Of a stretch of 64,000 nucleotides of DNA, positions 12,426 to 25,616 are shown in pieces; position 1 is the first letter of the stretch; every line of letters begins with the position of its first letter. Location of the stretch: assembly GCF_000497125.1 (NCBI RefSeq), contig NC_090602.1, positions 1,240,001-1,304,000 of the forward strand. Reading direction: 5' to 3'. Below the pieces are notes generated by a model, which searched no databases, was not told the DNA's origin, and saw nothing but the letters and a program-made list of their open reading frames with translations. A program made the position numbers and the translations under genes. The DNA is from Spironucleus salmonicida. Its lineage: Eukaryota.

Positions 12426-13703
12426 TCATTACAAACTAAGATAATAAGAAACACCAATTCCAATCCAGCCAGAAATCGAGCATCCAGATGAGAAAGTCGC
12501 AGTCATAATATTACTTATTTTATGTTTTTCTTTCACTTGAACAGCTAGATCTTGAGCTCTTATAAAAAGTAGTGGTAATGCTAAACCTCCACTGAATCCG
12601 AATAATATTACTAATGCAACCGAGATATAGTCATTATGAATTACAGGATACTAATTAATTCGAGGTAAATTAATCAAAAAGAATAATGGTATAAAAAGCA
12701 ACCTTACACAGACAAATATTATTATTTGAGTAAATTACAAAGCATTTTATACAATTCTAATTTTTGCGACTAATCTGCCAAAAAAATCAGAAAATAGAAA
12801 CCCTGACATGATAAATAAACTATACCATGGGTCTATCATTGGCTTTTATGCATTCATATTAGAAATGCAAGGAATTGCTGTAGTTATAGCTGGAAAAATT
12901 AAATAAGTAATGAACTGGTTACCAAACATGAAAATAGCCAATATTTTCGATCTAGAACTTAATTTTTATGGTATTTTCTCCACTGACGTCGCAGATGAAC
13001 TTAAAAAAGAGTCAATCATTCCACCATCATCATGTTCAACAAAACTTACAGTCCCACTTTATGACTATTCTAGTGTTTCAAGTTCATGACTATCGATTGT
13101 TTAGGTTGTGAAGGTATATTTTTTAATTAACTGTTAGAGTATAAAAAAGCTACAGCAAACATAAATTCCAGCAAATATGAAATAAACTAAGCTTTAAATG
13201 AAAAGCTACTCTTCATATGATTTATCACTTAATAGTGTACTAGTATAGGCAAAAATAATCTTAAGAATCTAAACAGTAACCTCTGATAATCCTGTTCCTA
13301 ACGATAGCGCCTAATTATATTTTTTGTCGACCCTACTAGCTACTGAACCAAATGCAGTAAATAAAAACCCTGCCGCAATTCCAAGCAAACAAATAGGTAT
13401 GAATGATAATATATACCGAGCCGTCCAATTAGTAATAAAAATAAAACTAGGCAGTATGACTATACTAAAAATATTTATCAATAATCCAAGTTTTATTAAA
13501 AATACAGGCGATTTTCTCTTTTAAATTGGATTTGCTAGAAATACGGCTATAGTTTCGAAAGTATTTAAAAGAGCAGCTGATATCGAGGTAAATACTATAT
13601 CATAGAAATAAGACCAATAATCATTTGATGCTAATACGGCAAAGAACGTTATATATGCTGTAAAACCAAGAGTTACGAAAAGTGTGTAATTCTTATCGCC
13701 CAT
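12426..13703 (-). CDS. Equilibrative nucleoside transporter (ENT/SLC29), 425 aa
   Basis: Multi-TM protein with ALSLGTGLSEV, FITYLIFPAI, SDFFGRL and LFGFSGG motifs. Confidence 0.85.
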
Positions 13704-13788
13704 TTCAAATGAGTATAATTATACTATATTATAAATAATATCTGAATTTATAATAAAAATATATAGTACATTATTACATATAATATAT

Positions 13789-16700
13789 TCAATCTGTAAT
13801 GCTAATATCGATATCTTTTAACATTTTAAGAATACTTTCGCGTGTCACATTAAGTCTTATACTAAGACTTTCCTACTCGCTACTATTAAGCTTTGTAAAT
13901 TTCTTAATTATATCTCCATCAACTGAATCAACACCATTTGTAATAAATAGATTTTAAGACAATTGTTCATACGCTTAAGAAATTTCATTTTACAAAAACT
14001 ATAAAAATAATCCGTTTTTAAGTACTATTACTATAATTCCCCCCGTATCAGTACCTAAAATAACTCTATCTTTAAATGATTTAATAGTAGATGCGTTTTG
14101 AGCCAACTACAATGTTGCAATTTATACCCCATCATTTGAAATATATTTTACAATATTGGTATGGTCTATTATAATACATCCATTATGGAATGGTGTAATT
14201 AATTTCAAATCAGAGTGGTTAATAAATTCCTAATATTCCAATAAATCTAAATTAGCAATCATTAACATTCCAGACTTAATAAAATAAATTCTATCAGATA
14301 TTATTATATTCTCAATTGTTGATTCTGTAAAAGATAGTTAAGCAGTTTTAGTAAAATATAGGGCTAAATTTGATGTACCAACTTTAACGGTTTCTTAATC
14401 AGCTGATGGTGTTGTAGATAAGGTATAACGAATAAGATCGGATCCAATAGCACAATATAAAAAATTTTAATATATACTAATTGATAAACAAGGAGTGTCG
14501 GAGTCGAATTTAAAAATTCCAACTTTTATAACTGTCTTGTTAGGCTGAATTACTGTAACATCAATTTATGGTTCATGCTTAGTTATTTACATTTATTAAT
14601 GCAAGAAATGTTAATGTATATCTAGCACAGAGTATCTAGCAAATAAGAAATAAGTAATTCCGCCAATATTAGCAAACTCCATATTAACACAAACCGATGA
14701 GTCTAAAATTAATTTATGTAGTTCATTTCTAGAGTTTTAATCAAAAATTCTTAGCTACATTTTACCTAAATACTATTCAGATAAAACTACAAGGCAATTA
14801 TGTTATTAATATCTTTTTATTTTTATTGTAGAACGCTTAATAAGTGACCTTTATGTTGCATATGAAGGATTTACATTAATTTTACATATGTTTAAGTAAT
14901 AATTATGATTACAATCATCATCATCTGAATACATAACTTAATAAACTGGTGTTTCTTTATTATTTATTAACATTTGATCTGTAATAATAACCACCATATA
15001 TTTTAAAAATAATTTTTAGCTTGTTTATCCTATCTATGGATAATTAATGATAGAATGCCTACTACTTAAAAAGCATTGGTCATCATTACAGTAAATACCA
15101 ACGTCATCTAAAATCTATTCAGGCAAAAAACAAATTTTTGGTATTATTGTTAACGGCTAAGTAAGTAATGGAACAAAATGTATATCATTATTCAATACAT
15201 CTATAAAATATAATGAAGATTCAGATTTCAAGAACAACTACTTTTCTTAGGTATAAATATAGCATTTAGAAGATCGCATTGAAATAGTTTCCATAGTTTC
15301 CATTTTAATGTTAAACTGATCTTATACGATTTCAATGTCAAATTTTATTACAAATTAGTTAGAAGAAAATAATAAGTAATGATGTTGCTATATTTACAAA
15401 TAACCTACGCTATCAAATTCTATATCAAATTTATAAATTTTTTAAAGATTAAGTATTTGACCAGTTTTAAGTAAAATTGCTAGCTAATTTCTCTCCAAAA
15501 ATGCGAAAACGTAATGATGTTATTAAAGTTAGATACTTTATATTGCTATAATGATAAAATCTAATTTGATTATCTATATTATTTAAAGCTTGTTAACCAC
15601 ATCAAATATTGAAATTTCATTTTTATTTATTAAATATATATCATTTTATACTTAAATTGCTTTTTAAGCTGTAATAAGATATGAGTTTTTATCAACAAAC
15701 AACTACTAAGTAGTTACTAAAACTATTTTATTAAATATAGAGCCTACAAATATTGATGGTTATTTAATAGCATAACTTAACTCATGAAATTCTGGAACCT
15801 TAAAAAGCTAGCATACATCATCAATTTATTTATGATATTAGTATAGAATATTGCCTGTCTTACTTTAAATGTTTATAAATATTTACTTATTATAAACAAA
15901 GGAGTGGATTGTATCTTTTTTGAACACTTCCTCTATTTTAAGTTAATTAAGGGATTTTAATGAGTATCCAAATCTAAGATTTATAATACTTCCATCTCTT
16001 CCATGTGAAGTGCAAAGAAACATTCTACCATCAGAACAAATGCAAAAATCTTATATAGCACCTAAAACTGTTTGAAATCTATCATTAAATCTTTAAAGAG
16101 TTGGAGATTTTGTGCCTAATAATTCTAATATACAAGTATCTATAGACTAACTCCCTAAATAAACTAAAACTCTATGTTACTTCTGGTTATACCACGGAAT
16201 CAGCGTTAATGATGTGGAAGTAGGAAGTCTGACTAGTCCATTTTGTATTACTGGCCATTCTAATGTTTAAGCTGTCAAAACAGGTTTTTCAAGATTAAAA
16301 TCAATGTCAATATGAACTAACGAACCGTCATCAAAAGTAGAAATAAAATAAAAATGTCTACCCTACTTTGGATAGCTTATTTGACGTAAAGTTAACGGAC
16401 GTGATAAAGCATTCAATGTTCTAAATTTTTAAGGTTATTTAGATAAATGGCCTATTAGTAATGCCTCAGATTATCTAATGTTATAATATACTATTATTCT
16501 ATCAAATGCTATTGTAATTATAGGAAATAAAATCCAATTTTAAGGTCTGACCTTTGAAAAAAAATCAATCTGGTTTATTGGTTTTGTCAATGAATAATCT
16601 GATAAATTCTAAACTGTAAAAGGCCCTTCATCAATATAAATTCCTTCGTTTATATAGTTTACTCCAGGTTCAAATTTATTTATAAGACTACATGGCAGGA

Positions 16701-17397
16701 TCTCATAAGTATAAAATCTATTATTATATTACTGGTGGATTAATAAAATAGGATTCATATAAAATCCATCTACTTATCTATCTAATGGTTCACTAAAACT
16801 GACTTACGTTATTAGTCCATTTGTCTGTTTCTTAAAGTTTCCAAAACCTAAATTTATGTTAATACTTCCTTTTGAGAATTCAAAACAAACAAAAAACAGT
16901 TAATTTTGAATATTATTACTTTCTTAAAGTGTGAAACAAACTAACTATACATTCTAGCTTATTTAACATTAATCGATATACGGAGATGCTTTTTTTTGAA
17001 ATGGAATTTAAACTCTTTTGTCTTAAGCAAGAATTACCATTAACTCAAAATTTTTAATTATTTAATAATTACAATTTTCTGAAGTACCTGTAAACTATAT
17101 TAAGAACAGTTCATAATACGATGTTATAATTAAAAGTAGGTCATTTTTTGAGTATGTATTACCCCCCTTTAACACTTAAATCTAGTCTATTGATTTGTTT
17201 AAGTATATTGTTTTGCTCAAAATGAGTTCATTGCCACCATCAAAATTATATATTTCAACCGACATTTACTTAGCAGATGCCAGTTAAGGCTTATCAAGAT
17301 TAGAGTCATCAAAAAAATATCCTATCTATGATTACATGATTGATCCGCCTTCTATTATTGTCTAAGCATATAGTTGTAATTTTTCACTTTCTGTCAT
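13789..17397 (-). CDS. DDB1/CPSF160/SF3B3-family beta-propeller scaffold, most similar to DDB1, 1202 aa
   Basis: N-terminal LYAQT..QIGYFF..AKQMSVEIY..NDLLLIITSYY; middle VYLGS..VLGAIQDFCI..HGRDGSIINLRFG; C-terminal VDGDIIKKF. Frame was spot-checked. Confidence 0.72.
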
Positions 17398-17492
17398 TAT
17401 TATAATATTAAATAATATATATAATATAACTAATATATATTTATATATTATTTATTATTATATATAAATTATTCTAATAAGAAAGTTTCCAG

Positions 17493-18146
17493 ATGTCCTT
17501 CAATTCTCGTGATATTTATAAAAAGACTTACTTTGGTACAAATTAACAATCGTAAAATAAGATCTTTAAGCAAGAACTTAGCTTGGATGCAATGATGTAA
17601 ATTTAAAATTAAGTTGATACTTCAAAGTTTGGAAATTAGAAACTTATTATAGCAGTTCTGAAACAAGAATAAGATGTAGAAAATAAAATGAAAAGAGGTC
17701 AATTTGTGTTGTAAAATTAGAATAAATCAGTGGCAATGTAGTCAAAAGCGATATTGTTGCAAGATCTTGGTGCAAAGAAAAGTGTTGATTAATTAAACAT
17801 GATTTAGGACAATATTTCATACCTTGAGAGCTCAGACAGTCATCTTGATTCGATTAACATACCACCAAAATTAGAAATTCAAATTAATACATTGAAAATT
17901 TTAGGAGGTAGTGTTAAAACGAGATAATCTGAGAAAACATTTATCTAAAAAATGGTCATATAAGAGGCAACATCCCCATCAACACGGATTTAATATAAAC
18001 CATTTGTTGCTACACATAAATAAACTAGGAATCAAACATATACATCAGCAAATAATAAAGTTCCATTAAAATTTTTAGAGGATAAACTTGATCCGACTAA
18101 AATTTCAAAAAGGGCTGTGTAACTTTATAAAGATATTTTCAAGTGA
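17493..18146 (+). CDS. Hypothetical protein, 217 aa
   Basis: Fully translated open code-6 frame ending AAG-TGA. Confidence 0.65.
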
Positions 18147-18196
18147 TTTTAGTTATTATATATAATCATATGTATTTTTTAATTTTCTGTAATTTA

Positions 18197-19189
18197 ATGG
18201 ATTTTGATTCTCATCCCTGGCTGAAACTAATTTAACTTAATGATCAGTAACTTTTAAAGAGAGGTTTTCCTTAACATGCTTTTATGAAATTTAACAATCT
18301 AGACTCACTATAGATAGCAATTCTTTATGCTCCATAATCTGTTGCAATTTTGTATCCACTATTTCTATACCAAACTTAAATAACATATGATCCTTTATAG
18401 TTTGCTTATATTCATAAAAAATATGATCTGTACCATATTTTCTATGCATCCTTTAAAAAACTAAAAGATAATAAAACAGTTCTTATGTAAGCTGTTTTGG
18501 ATAAGGATAACCAATCAGTTATGGTACTATTATAATATGAAATATATGTTGTTAATTAATCTTAAGAAACTGCTCTTATTCTAGCTTTAAAGTATCGTAA
18601 TTTGGATATTATTTAGTTTTTATAAATTGAATAAGGCTTAGGTGCATGGACTCCCGAATTAGATTATTAGTTTAAACTTATTTTATAATCATCTAGGCAT
18701 TAGACACAACCATACTAAATTTAATTATAACCTTAACGATAAACAACGGATATTATCGCTAATTATTAATAATTTTAGCTGAGTAAAAACCCTAGTCAAG
18801 TATCATATATAAATCAAGAGTATACTCATCCCCCTTAAAATAAAACTATAAATACAAGTCCTATTTAATAGTCATAATAAGATAACCAAAAAGTAAAACA
18901 CGTTCAAATTAATATTAGCAAGAGTTAAGTGAAAGACTTAATTTACGAGAAGAAGGAAACTGAACAATCTGATAGCATTGAAAGCATTGACGAACTAAGT
19001 ATTGTTGATTAGTTACATAAGGAGAATAGAGCTTTAAGAAAAGAAAACTCCAAATTAAAAAAAAGAATATACTAGTTGGAAAACGAATCAAAAAGGTAAG
19101 TAGATATATCAGAAATTGCAAATAAAGAACCAGAAATTCCTATTTGTTTGTCGAAATCTGGAATGAACAGTTCTAAGAAACTATAGTGA
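18197..19189 (+). CDS. Ankyrin-repeat plus coiled-coil protein, 330 aa
   Basis: KTVLMQAV and ETALILAL ankyrin motifs, then a Q-rich linker and a coiled coil. Confidence 0.7.
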
Positions 19190-19249
19190 ATGAATATTTA
19201 AAAACAACCTAAGAATAATTAATTAAGGACTATTAAAATTATTTAAAAT

Positions 19250-19331
19250 CGTCACCTATGGGATTTGAACCCATGCGTACATAATACAATTGATTTCGAG
19301 TCAATCGCCTTAACCTCTCGGCCAAAGTGAC
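19250..19331 (-). tRNA. tRNA-Ser(CGA)
   Basis: The reverse complement GTCACTTTGGCCGAGAGGTTAAGGCGATTGACTCGAAATCAATTGTATTATGTACGCATGGGTTCAAATCCCATAGGTGACG folds as a cloverleaf with anticodon CGA, a long variable arm and discriminator G. Confidence 0.95.
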
Positions 19332-19612
19332 TGAGTAATATTCAATTTATATTATAAGATAGATATTATACCAAAATATATCCAACAGAAATAACGGTGG
19401 TACGAATATTTAATATTGTAATAAAACTAAAATATATACGTTATCCATATTTAATAAGTATTTATGCACTATTCTGTTAAAAGTTCGTACAACAATTGTA
19501 TATTATATAATAATGAAAAGTTTAATAAAAGTAGTATTACATAACCAAGTGAATATAATTTATTCACCTTAAGTAACTAAAAAGCATTAAAACTAAAGAT
19601 GACTGGAAACTT

Positions 19613-22600
19613 TCACTTGAACAGCACACTCTTACCAATTTATCCGTTTTCGTAAAATTTAATAGCAACTATGCCATCTCCCATTTCAATTCCCCACTAA
19701 AGCCCATCGATCTCCTTAAATTTCTTATTTTTGCCAAGACCTAGATACTATAAGTTGATAGTAACCTAGCCCATATCAACTACCTCAAAAACTGCACTTT
19801 TATGCAATATCTTATACGAACTCGACATCTAAACCAAAAAATTAACTTCTTCCTGAATTTTATCCTAAATCACACTGGGAAGTTTCTTTAATTATTTCAA
19901 TTACAATATCAAATGTGCCTACTTATATAATGAAACTGGTTATAATTCATCAATACCTCTATACAATATATCAATAATTTCCTATTCGCTGCACAACTTT
20001 TGCATCACAAACGCGATTTTTATTTAGTTTTAAATAGAAAATCCTACCAAGTCCTGCATAATCAGTCCCTAAAAGTCAATCTCTCGGTCCTCTTTATCTA
20101 AGAACATCACCTAAACAAGATCTTGAATTTGCGGTTAAAACCCACCAAATAGCACAACTCCACAGTCAAAATCATCATCAAAATACCTTTAGATTGCCGT
20201 TTTCATTGCATGTTTTTCCTGTCTCAAAATGTTGTATTTTGCGTCATCAAACAATTGAATTTTGTACAATTTGAAGAAATCGACAAAGAGCTGCGCGTTG
20301 TTTTAAATTGTTTCATTTGAATTGATATTATTGGAAACAATGAATGCTTCAAGCGCAGTTTCAGGCCGGAATTCGTAGCTTACAGCAAGAAAAGGACTGA
20401 AAAACTACAAAAAACTGAGCTAGTTTAAATTGGCTTAAAATAGCAATTCAGCATATTCGAAAAGTTGGTTTATCGGTTAAGATTGTGGAATTAGTTAAAA
20501 TATCGCTTGTGGGATGTATTTTTCACATAAATCTGGTTATAATGATAATATTAGTGGAAGGGAAAGTTGCGTAAGCGATATATCAGTTGTTAACTGAGGC
20601 TAATCCTATAAAATCTTAAAAATGAAGATCTAAGTTTAAACGGAGAGGTTTTAGTAGTTTTTCTTACCTTTGTAAAATTTGATTTCTGTAAGCTAGTTTT
20701 CCGGTGGCTGGTTTGGTTCTGTCTTTTGACTTTCATCGTCGTCATCGCTCCAACCTTCTACACTTTGTTGTTATTACTCTTCTTCGTCCGATTTCCATAC
20801 ACTATCCGCCTCACTGGAACTATCCCAACCTGAAGATTTTACTGATTTGGTTAAATATTCAGAATCTCCCTAAAACATTTCTAAATTGTCGTCTTGTTAT
20901 GTATCTTTTAAATTATACTAAATGACAAGTTTCACAATATCCAATAAATTAGATTACGATTCTTATATAGTTAATAAAGCTAAAACATCAATTTTTCGTC
21001 CTTGCTTCGATAGTTTTTCAATTTCAAGTGTTACCTGTATCTATGAGACTTCCCCATCACATATCAAATTTTCTGGATGAACTAACAAAATTTTAGAAAG
21101 TTTAATTACATCTTTACTATAAATTAACTACAGCGAATCAATAGCTGACTCAGACAAGGCAGAATTTTGAGAATGATACATAGTTGATTTTATGAATTCT
21201 GGACTTAAAAGAGAACCAAATTATGTAAGAACTATATCTGGATTATAATTTGAAGAAGATAAGTGATTCTAAAGCTCTGAAGCAGAAATTTAAGCTAGTA
21301 GAAAGTTCTGATAAAGTTCGTTCTCAATATAATTATTAGATGCATACATAATAAGATTTTATAATATAATTTCTTATTTTAATGTAATAACAGTAGAAAT
21401 TGGAATTTTTTCTAGAACGGATAAAATATACGCTAATTACAAGAAAATAAGTTACTTCTTTGTATTACAGAATTCACAGAGGAAATGGAATTATAGTTTA
21501 GATGGGATAAATATTTTAGGCTTATCTTCTTAATTAAATTAAAATTATAATTTAAAAGAACTTTCAATAATACTTTTAGATTGCGCAAGCGAAAACTTCG
21601 GTATATAAAACTCAAATTATTAATTAATTTCTGATGAAAATGAATCTAAAGATTATGATATATTAAAAATACTATTACAAAATTTATAGTTTTCTAGTAT
21701 CTACTAATTAGTTTAATATTTAATGAAATTATTAAAAAGTATATATAAATTGTCATTTGATATTATTTCATCATAAGAACAAAAAATAAACTAATTCTCG
21801 TTAACATGTATTTTATTTTAACTACAAAGAAATTTGTATAATTATATATCAGTTTTACAAATGGAAAGTGATATTTCAAGTTTAAGATGATTTTAAATTG
21901 GCAATTAATAAAGAATCTCTATTAAATGTTCTTTATTTTCTATAATATTATAAATATCTAATAAAACTGTTTCAAATGAAATATCATCATAATATAGTTC
22001 ATACAATGGAAGCTAATACTCCAAATATTATAAATAAAGTTATTCTCTTGTATATTTTTCCTAAACAATCAAAATCTAAAATAACTACTACTATGTAATA
22101 AATTTCAATAAGTTTAGTATATATTTACTTTCTTTTGGTAATATATTAACATCGTTAAAAATGATGCCGAAAAACGATGAAATAATATTAAATTCTTATT
22201 AAAAGAAATGTATGAAATCTAATTTTTATAATTTTATACTTAATTCTAACAAACTTTTAATATATATTTTTGGAAAATCTACTAATTAAACAACTATTTT
22301 AAATTATTTCAGTTAATTCTATTCGATTAAAGAAATTGCCAATTCATTTAATTTGTCCTTTGAATTAATAAGACTATACGAAAATGGTATTTTACTTTCA
22401 AGAAATATTTTATGAATTTATGTACCTTGTTATATATTATCTAGCAAATTATATAGTTCCATAGATTTAGCTGACCAGTGTAATGGTGCATTTTAATAAA
22501 TATAAAAACATATATCTTTATAATTATCAAGTGACTCGCTTTATTTGAGTATATGCAATAAAATTTCGTCTAAATATAAATCTTATTTATTATTACTTAA

Positions 22601-25549
22601 TATCTAGTCAATAAAAGGTTCCCAATTAACTTATTGTAAAATTGTAAGTATATAATTTTTAGATATTTTATCAACCTACAGGTATTCACATATCAATGGT
22701 ACTAATTACTCATTTAGTGGAATTAGTAAATAGTCATCAAATTTTATGAATTATTTTTACAAAATTAAATATCTCAAATACATAATAAATTGATCTACTT
22801 TATCATAATAATATTAATCTTTTGAGTGCTATATTTCTTCAAGCAATACTATAAGTGAATACTAATATGAAATTGAGGTTTTTTATAAACATTTAGGAGA
22901 TAGTAAAGATTCAATTAACAATAATAATATATCAATTATTGTTTTATCTTATGATTTCTCTTTTGGTAATTCGAAATTATATAATGCAACTAGTTGATTA
23001 AAATATTATTAAGTAAGATTTACTTTTTTAGTAAACACAAAATTTTCAAGACAACACCATGAATCATGTAAACTTTTCTATTATCCTAATAAATTATAAA
23101 TTTGAATAATCATATTAAGAGATAATTCATTGAACAAATTATTCTGCGTATACAACAACATAAAATAGTTAAGTTGTTATTAAAGAGAAGAAACTGCTAT
23201 TGCAAGAAAATTACCAGTACTACAATAAGAAGATACTTAAAAACCAAAGATTTCTGAATCTAATTGTACATTAGGATAAATAGCTGATTAACTAAATTAT
23301 GTAAGCAGCTACTATAAATTCAATATATTAAATTAATCATATTTTTAATAATATTATTAAAAAGTTAAAAACTATTATTCATTTGATACTATTTAATTAA
23401 CAAATTCTTCTAAAGAATATCTATTTTGTGACTTAAAAAATAATGATAATAACTAAATCTAAACTAAAAACTCATCTAAAATGAGTAGATATTATGTAAT
23501 CGTTTATTTAAACTAATTTTAGATTAAGAAATTTTCTTTCTCAATGCAATTAATAATCAACTAAATAATTTAAACAATTTATTAAGATTTTTAAATATAA
23601 ATATCAAAATTTCCTATTTATCTCAATCCTTAAAATATGACAATTACTCCATCAAAATAATTAGCTTATAGGATTAATAATATACCATTTTAATTTAAAA
23701 ATAATTCGCTTGATTGTTTAAAAACTTCTGAAACTAAAAAGCAAATCTCAGGACTTTACTAAATGACGGCATTTGGCTCAATTTCATTATAAATTATTTT
23801 CTCTACCTTAATGTATTTTTTTAACACTAAATCATTGAATTTTTATTTATATTTACTAAAATTCTATAATTCTAAACTAAATATAATCTCATTAATTGGC
23901 GATATTTAATCAATAGTAATAACTTTCATATTATCATCATATAAAAAACTTACTGTAATTTAATTTAAAAAGAATAAATAGTATTCTATTGATTCCCTTG
24001 TAAAGTTAGCACTAACATCATAAACTAAATAATATGAATATTATAGCTCAGGAAATATATAGCTACTCATTTAAAATGGATTATATTAAAAATCTTCGTC
24101 TTTATTCCTGGGCTAAATCTAAATCTTAGATTACACATAATTAGTCAAAATCTGTAAATCTAGTCTAAATATCTCTTCTTAGTTTTATTAAACAATAAAA
24201 ACATTTTTATCAATGAATAAATGAAGTGGTTCGTATTAAATAGATGAATCTTATAATAAACTATTAGAAAACGAGTTTAATAAGTCTTGCCGTTTATTTA
24301 ATAACTTTTTAGATGAGTAAAAAGAATAACTTAATTGTAAATCTAAACAAATTCTATTCTAATTTACTTACTCATTAAATTCATATGTTAATGATTTCTC
24401 ACTATTAACGTTAAAATATGGTATTACCAAATTTTAGCCTACTAAGTAAGTCTTATATAAGGTGTTAACTTTAAAATCTTATACTTTTAAAATCTAAGTA
24501 TCTCCAGATACTAAAAATTAATTATCTTTTTCATTAAACTAGTATAATTAACTACATTGTAAATTTAAAATAACTTATTTTTTAAATATGTTAGTAATTA
24601 ATTAGTATTTTTTATATAATATAGAACAGTTTAACTTGTTAATACTAGCTTATTATAATGTATAAGAATTTATATCGCTTTTCATTGTTTTAATATGAAT
24701 GCAGCAGTCATTTTAATATTCATAATTAAATTACTTAAGTTATTTACTACATTATAAAACAACAACTTCACAAAATTATAATGAAGGCCTAATCTCTATT
24801 ACCATATGCTAACAAATATTTTCTAACCAAAAACTTAAATAAGCAATAACTCTATAACCTTAACCAATGTTGCTTAACAACTAACTATCTTTTTATGTTA
24901 TATTAAAAAAATTAAAATTAAATAGATTTCCTTAATCAAAATTACATAAAAGTTATCTTCTTAGTTAAACACCAGTATTACTTTCGAATGTTTACCCTGG
25001 ATACCCTGATAATATATAGAGTACACCTGAAGAACTAGATGCTATACAACTAAAAAGAGAATTCTAGGTGGTGAAACAAATTGAATGCACTTTAGATTAT
25101 AAACCATTGAAAATTAATTTTGTTGGACAATATAAAAGAGGTTTGTCTTCTAAATAAATAGTTAGGAATGAATCAGATATCACAATAATATATCCATTTT
25201 ATTCAGCCATGCTAACTTCTCCTGAACCAACTGGTCCTATATAGTTAAACTTATGAAATAAATATTCGTTATAAACTTAATAATTATTATCCAATAATTG
25301 TAGATTCTACTTATTATTCTATTATAATTAACATGTTAGTAAATCAGATAACTATTTAGTTTATTGTTAATGATCTTAGAATATAAATTTTGTCTTACTA
25401 AAAATTGGAGTATTAAGCTGTTTAATATATATTCTATAAAGATCCTCTATTTAATCTTAATCCTAAATTATAGGTAAATTAAGGTTAGAATCAGTAATTT
25501 GATAAGCTAAATCAGATAGATAAGTTACCTACTAATTTGTAGTTATCAT
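19613..25549 (-). CDS. Large hypothetical protein, 1978 aa; possibly NBAS/Sec39-like (beta-propeller-like N-terminus plus helical body)
   Basis: Frame read open across 19613-20820 and 23760-25549 and spot-checked between. Contains SICFTTQNSLFSCIASSSGVLYIL and an acidic WKSDEEE..EGWSDDDE patch. The family call is weak. Confidence 0.6.
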
Positions 25550-25616
25550 TTTAATTTATTGATTATATTCTATTGTAGAATATAATAAATTATATATATA
25601 ATTTTATAAAATATAA

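Noticed and set aside
19598-20550. Apparent plus-strand pseudogene with in-frame TGAs (possible selenoprotein)
   Set aside because: It is the codon-aligned antisense of the uninterrupted minus-strand gene 19613-25549.
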